64,000 nt of DNA from Lophium mytilinum (Eukaryota). The stretch covers positions 1,248,882-1,312,881 of the forward strand of contig MU004192.1 in the NCBI GenBank assembly GCA_010093605.1, read 5' to 3'. Positions within the stretch are counted from its first letter, which is position 1. The number at the start of each line of letters is the position of its first letter. Shown piece by piece: positions 61,075-64,000 of the stretch. Both the position numbers and the translations under genes were made by a program. The notes under the pieces are model-generated. The model saw nothing but the letters and a program-made list of their open reading frames with translations, did no database searches and was not told the origin of the DNA.

Positions 61075-64000
61075 ATGCTTGTTCGCCTCTTGTGCTTGGT
61101 GGCGTCCGCCGCTACTGCAGCCATTGCAAGCCCCCTTGCGCATCCCCGCGCCGTTGTTGAACGCGGTTCAACCTCTTCCACCGACAGCTGTCCGGGCTAC
61201 AATGTGTCCAACATCGTCAAGACCGACTCCTCCCTTACGGCTGATCTCAAGCTCGCGGGACCAGCATGCAATGCGTATGGAAAAGATATAGACGCATTGA
61301 AGTTGCTGGTCGAGTACCAGACTGGTAAGTCGGGCCTGAAACAAGCACTTGTCTAGCCAGATAGTAACTGTGGCTGATAATCCAACAGAGGACCGCCTCC
61401 ACATCAAGATATCTGATGCCGCCGGTCAAGTCTACCAAGTGCAAGAGTCTGTCCTTCCGCGACCCGACAATGATGCTGTTGGAGCATCTGGAGCTGCTCT
61501 TGAGTTTGATCTGACCGAGAAGCCCTTCTCTTTTAAGGTGAAGCGGAAAGATTCTGGCAAGATACTTTTCGACACGTCAGGACCCGGTGGCACGTTGATC
61601 TTCGAGTCACAATATGTTCGTCTCCGCACCCAGCTGCCGCAAAACCCCAGCTTGTACGGCCTTGGCGAGCATTCCGACTCCTTTCAACTGGAGACTCATA
61701 GTTACACACGCACGCTCTGGAACGCCGAATCACCGTTCATCCCTAACCATTCAAACTTGTATGGCAGCCACCCCATGTACTTTGACCACCGCGGCGGCAA
61801 TGGCACGCATGGTGTGTTCCTCCTGAACTCCAATGGCATGGATATCAAAATCGACAATCCGTCTTCGGGCACTTTCCTGGAGTACAACACCTTGGGCGGC
61901 GTCATCGATCTATACATAGTAGCCGGTCCCGACCCTGTGGATGTCAGCAAGCAGTATGCCGAGATAGTCGGACTACCTGCCATGCAGCCATATTGGACAT
62001 TCGGTTTCCACCAATGCAAGTACGGGTACAATGACACCTTGGATGTGGCTGAAGTTGTTGCAAACTATTCCACAGCCGGAATCCCTCTCGAAGTCATGTG
62101 GACGGATATTAATTACATGGACAAGCGTCAAGACTTCACGACAGATCCCGAGCGTTTCAAGCTGAGCATGATGCGGGAGCTTGTTGACGTATTGCATAGC
62201 CGTAACCAGCGATATGTTCTAATCATTGACCCTGGAATCCATGTAGCGTCAAACCTCAGCTCATACAAGCGAGGCGTAGACCAAGATGTCTTTTTGAAGA
62301 CCGCAAACGACGCCTTATACCACGCCGTCGCTTGGCCTGGCGTAATTGCATATCCGGATTGGCTTGCTCCAACTACTGAGGAGTGGTGGACGGGCGAGCT
62401 TGGTCACGCTTTCGACCCGAAAACGGGCATTGATATCGATGGTGTTTGGTAAGCATGCTTTCTACGAATCAACCTCGAGAGCCGTTGGCGAAACTTGACC
62501 CAAACTATGTGCTAATGCTTTTTAGGATCGATATGAATGAAGCCTCAAACTTTTGTGGGGATGTAAAATGTGTCCCTGAAGGTAGGATCAATTTTGTCTG
62601 AAATGGATTCTCACAACATACTAACATGTGTCCAGTGCTTGCCCAGCAGGATAATATCCCACCAGAACCCGCGCAGGCACCTCGGAACGACACTGGCCGC
62701 CGCATTCCTGGCTTTCCCCAAGACTGTAAGTACGCTAGAACAACATATCAGATGCTCTTTCGTCGGGTTCTCTGAAGTGCTGCTCGAGTCGAGTTTTCAG
62801 AAGCCCCTCAAGCAGTTCCTAAGAACTTCGGCGGCTAAGAGGATTTGATAACTGTTCCACCCATCCCCCTATACCATTCTTTTCTGACCATCCCCGTTAC
62901 AGTCCAGCCTCATTCAAAGCGCGACTCCGGAGACGGAATGAAAGGCATCGCGGGCCGCAACCTTCTCAACCCTTCCTACGGCATTCACAACCACCAAGGC
63001 GACATCTCAAACCGCGCCATCTGGACTAACATCTCCAACTACGACGGTACCGCCCAATACGACACCCACAATTTCTACGGCACCATGTCAGCCTACACCA
63101 CCCGCGCCGCTATGCTGGCCCGCCGCCCCACAAAGCGTCCCTTCGTCCTCACCCGCAGCACCTTCTCGGGCGCCGGGCGCCAAGTCGCTCACTGGTTCGG
63201 CGACAACGCCTCGCTATGGGATCACTACCGCACCTCCATCCAGCAGATGCTGACATTCGCCTCCCTGCACCAGATGCCCATGGTCGGCAGCGACGTGTGC
63301 GGCTTCAACTTGGACACAACCGAGGACCTGTGCGCGCGTTGGGCCATGCTCGGCGCCTTCCAGCCCTTCTACCGCAACCACGCCGATATTACCGCGGCCA
63401 AGCAGGAGTTCTACCTGTGGCCGATCGTCACGAAGGCCGCGAAGAAGGCGATTGACGTCCGGTATAAGCTCGCGGACTACATCTACACTGCGTTGTATAG
63501 GCAGACGCAGAATGGCACGCCGCTCGTGTCGCCGCTGTTCTTCGCGTACCCTAACGACACGAACACGTTCGCCATCCAAACGCAGTGGCTGTACGGCCCT
63601 AGTCTCCTCGTGTCGCCTGTTATGGACCAGAACAGCACGAGCGTCAGCATCTACCTCCCTGACGACATTTGGTATGACTACTGGACCGGTAAAGCAGTCC
63701 GCGGTCACGGCAAGAGCGTCACACTGAACAATCTCGCACTTACGGATATCCCGCTGCACATCAAAGGCGGTAGCATCATTGTCCAACGCGCTTTCTCGGC
63801 TATGACGCTGGATGAGGTCCGCAAGCAGGACTTCAACATCACGATTGCGCCAGGCCTAGATGGGACTGCGCACGGGTCGCTGTATGTCGACGACGGGGAG
63901 AGCTTAGTGCAAGACCCGCTCCTCGATCTCGAGTTCGACTGGGATGGCGAGAATTTGGTTGGGAGTGGGTATCTTCCGTCGGCTGAGATGCAAGTCATGA
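61075..64000 (+). CDS. Secreted GH31 alpha-glucosidase, 3' end beyond the window
   Basis: Signal peptide, YGLGEH, NLYGSHP, GFHQCKYGY, catalytic DGVW|IDMNEASNF and HWFGDN, GSDVCGF and PFYRNH. Four introns. Confidence 0.95.

Overview
This window is intron-containing eukaryotic DNA from a filamentous ascomycete (short GT-AG introns with CTAAC/CTGAC branch points). It holds about 23 protein-coding loci. I found no rRNA, tRNA, CRISPR array or recognisable transposon. Conserved genes include SCT1/GPT2 acyltransferase, GH76, hemerythrin-like, MDR and Gfo/Idh oxidoreductases, eIF2-beta, MIM2, VCX1, a QDE-2-type Argonaute, a PTH11-like receptor, MDP-1 phosphatase and GH31. These alternate with accessory islands. 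The most notable observations are: (1) a head-to-head pair of an HSPA12-like Hsp70-fold ATPase and a coiled-coil protein ending in a GrpE/MIEAP-like motif, a candidate dedicated chaperone plus exchange-factor module; (2) three highly diverged C2H2 zinc-finger genes that share one phase-2 intron position, each beside orphan genes; (3) island promoters dense in AGGC/GCCT plus CCAAT elements, including an exact 20-bp match 23.5 kb apart; (4) a polarised 108-bp tandem array just downstream of Argonaute; (5) a cell-surface gene broken by four frameshifts. Gene models and motif counts were made by eye, so boundaries may be off by a few bases.
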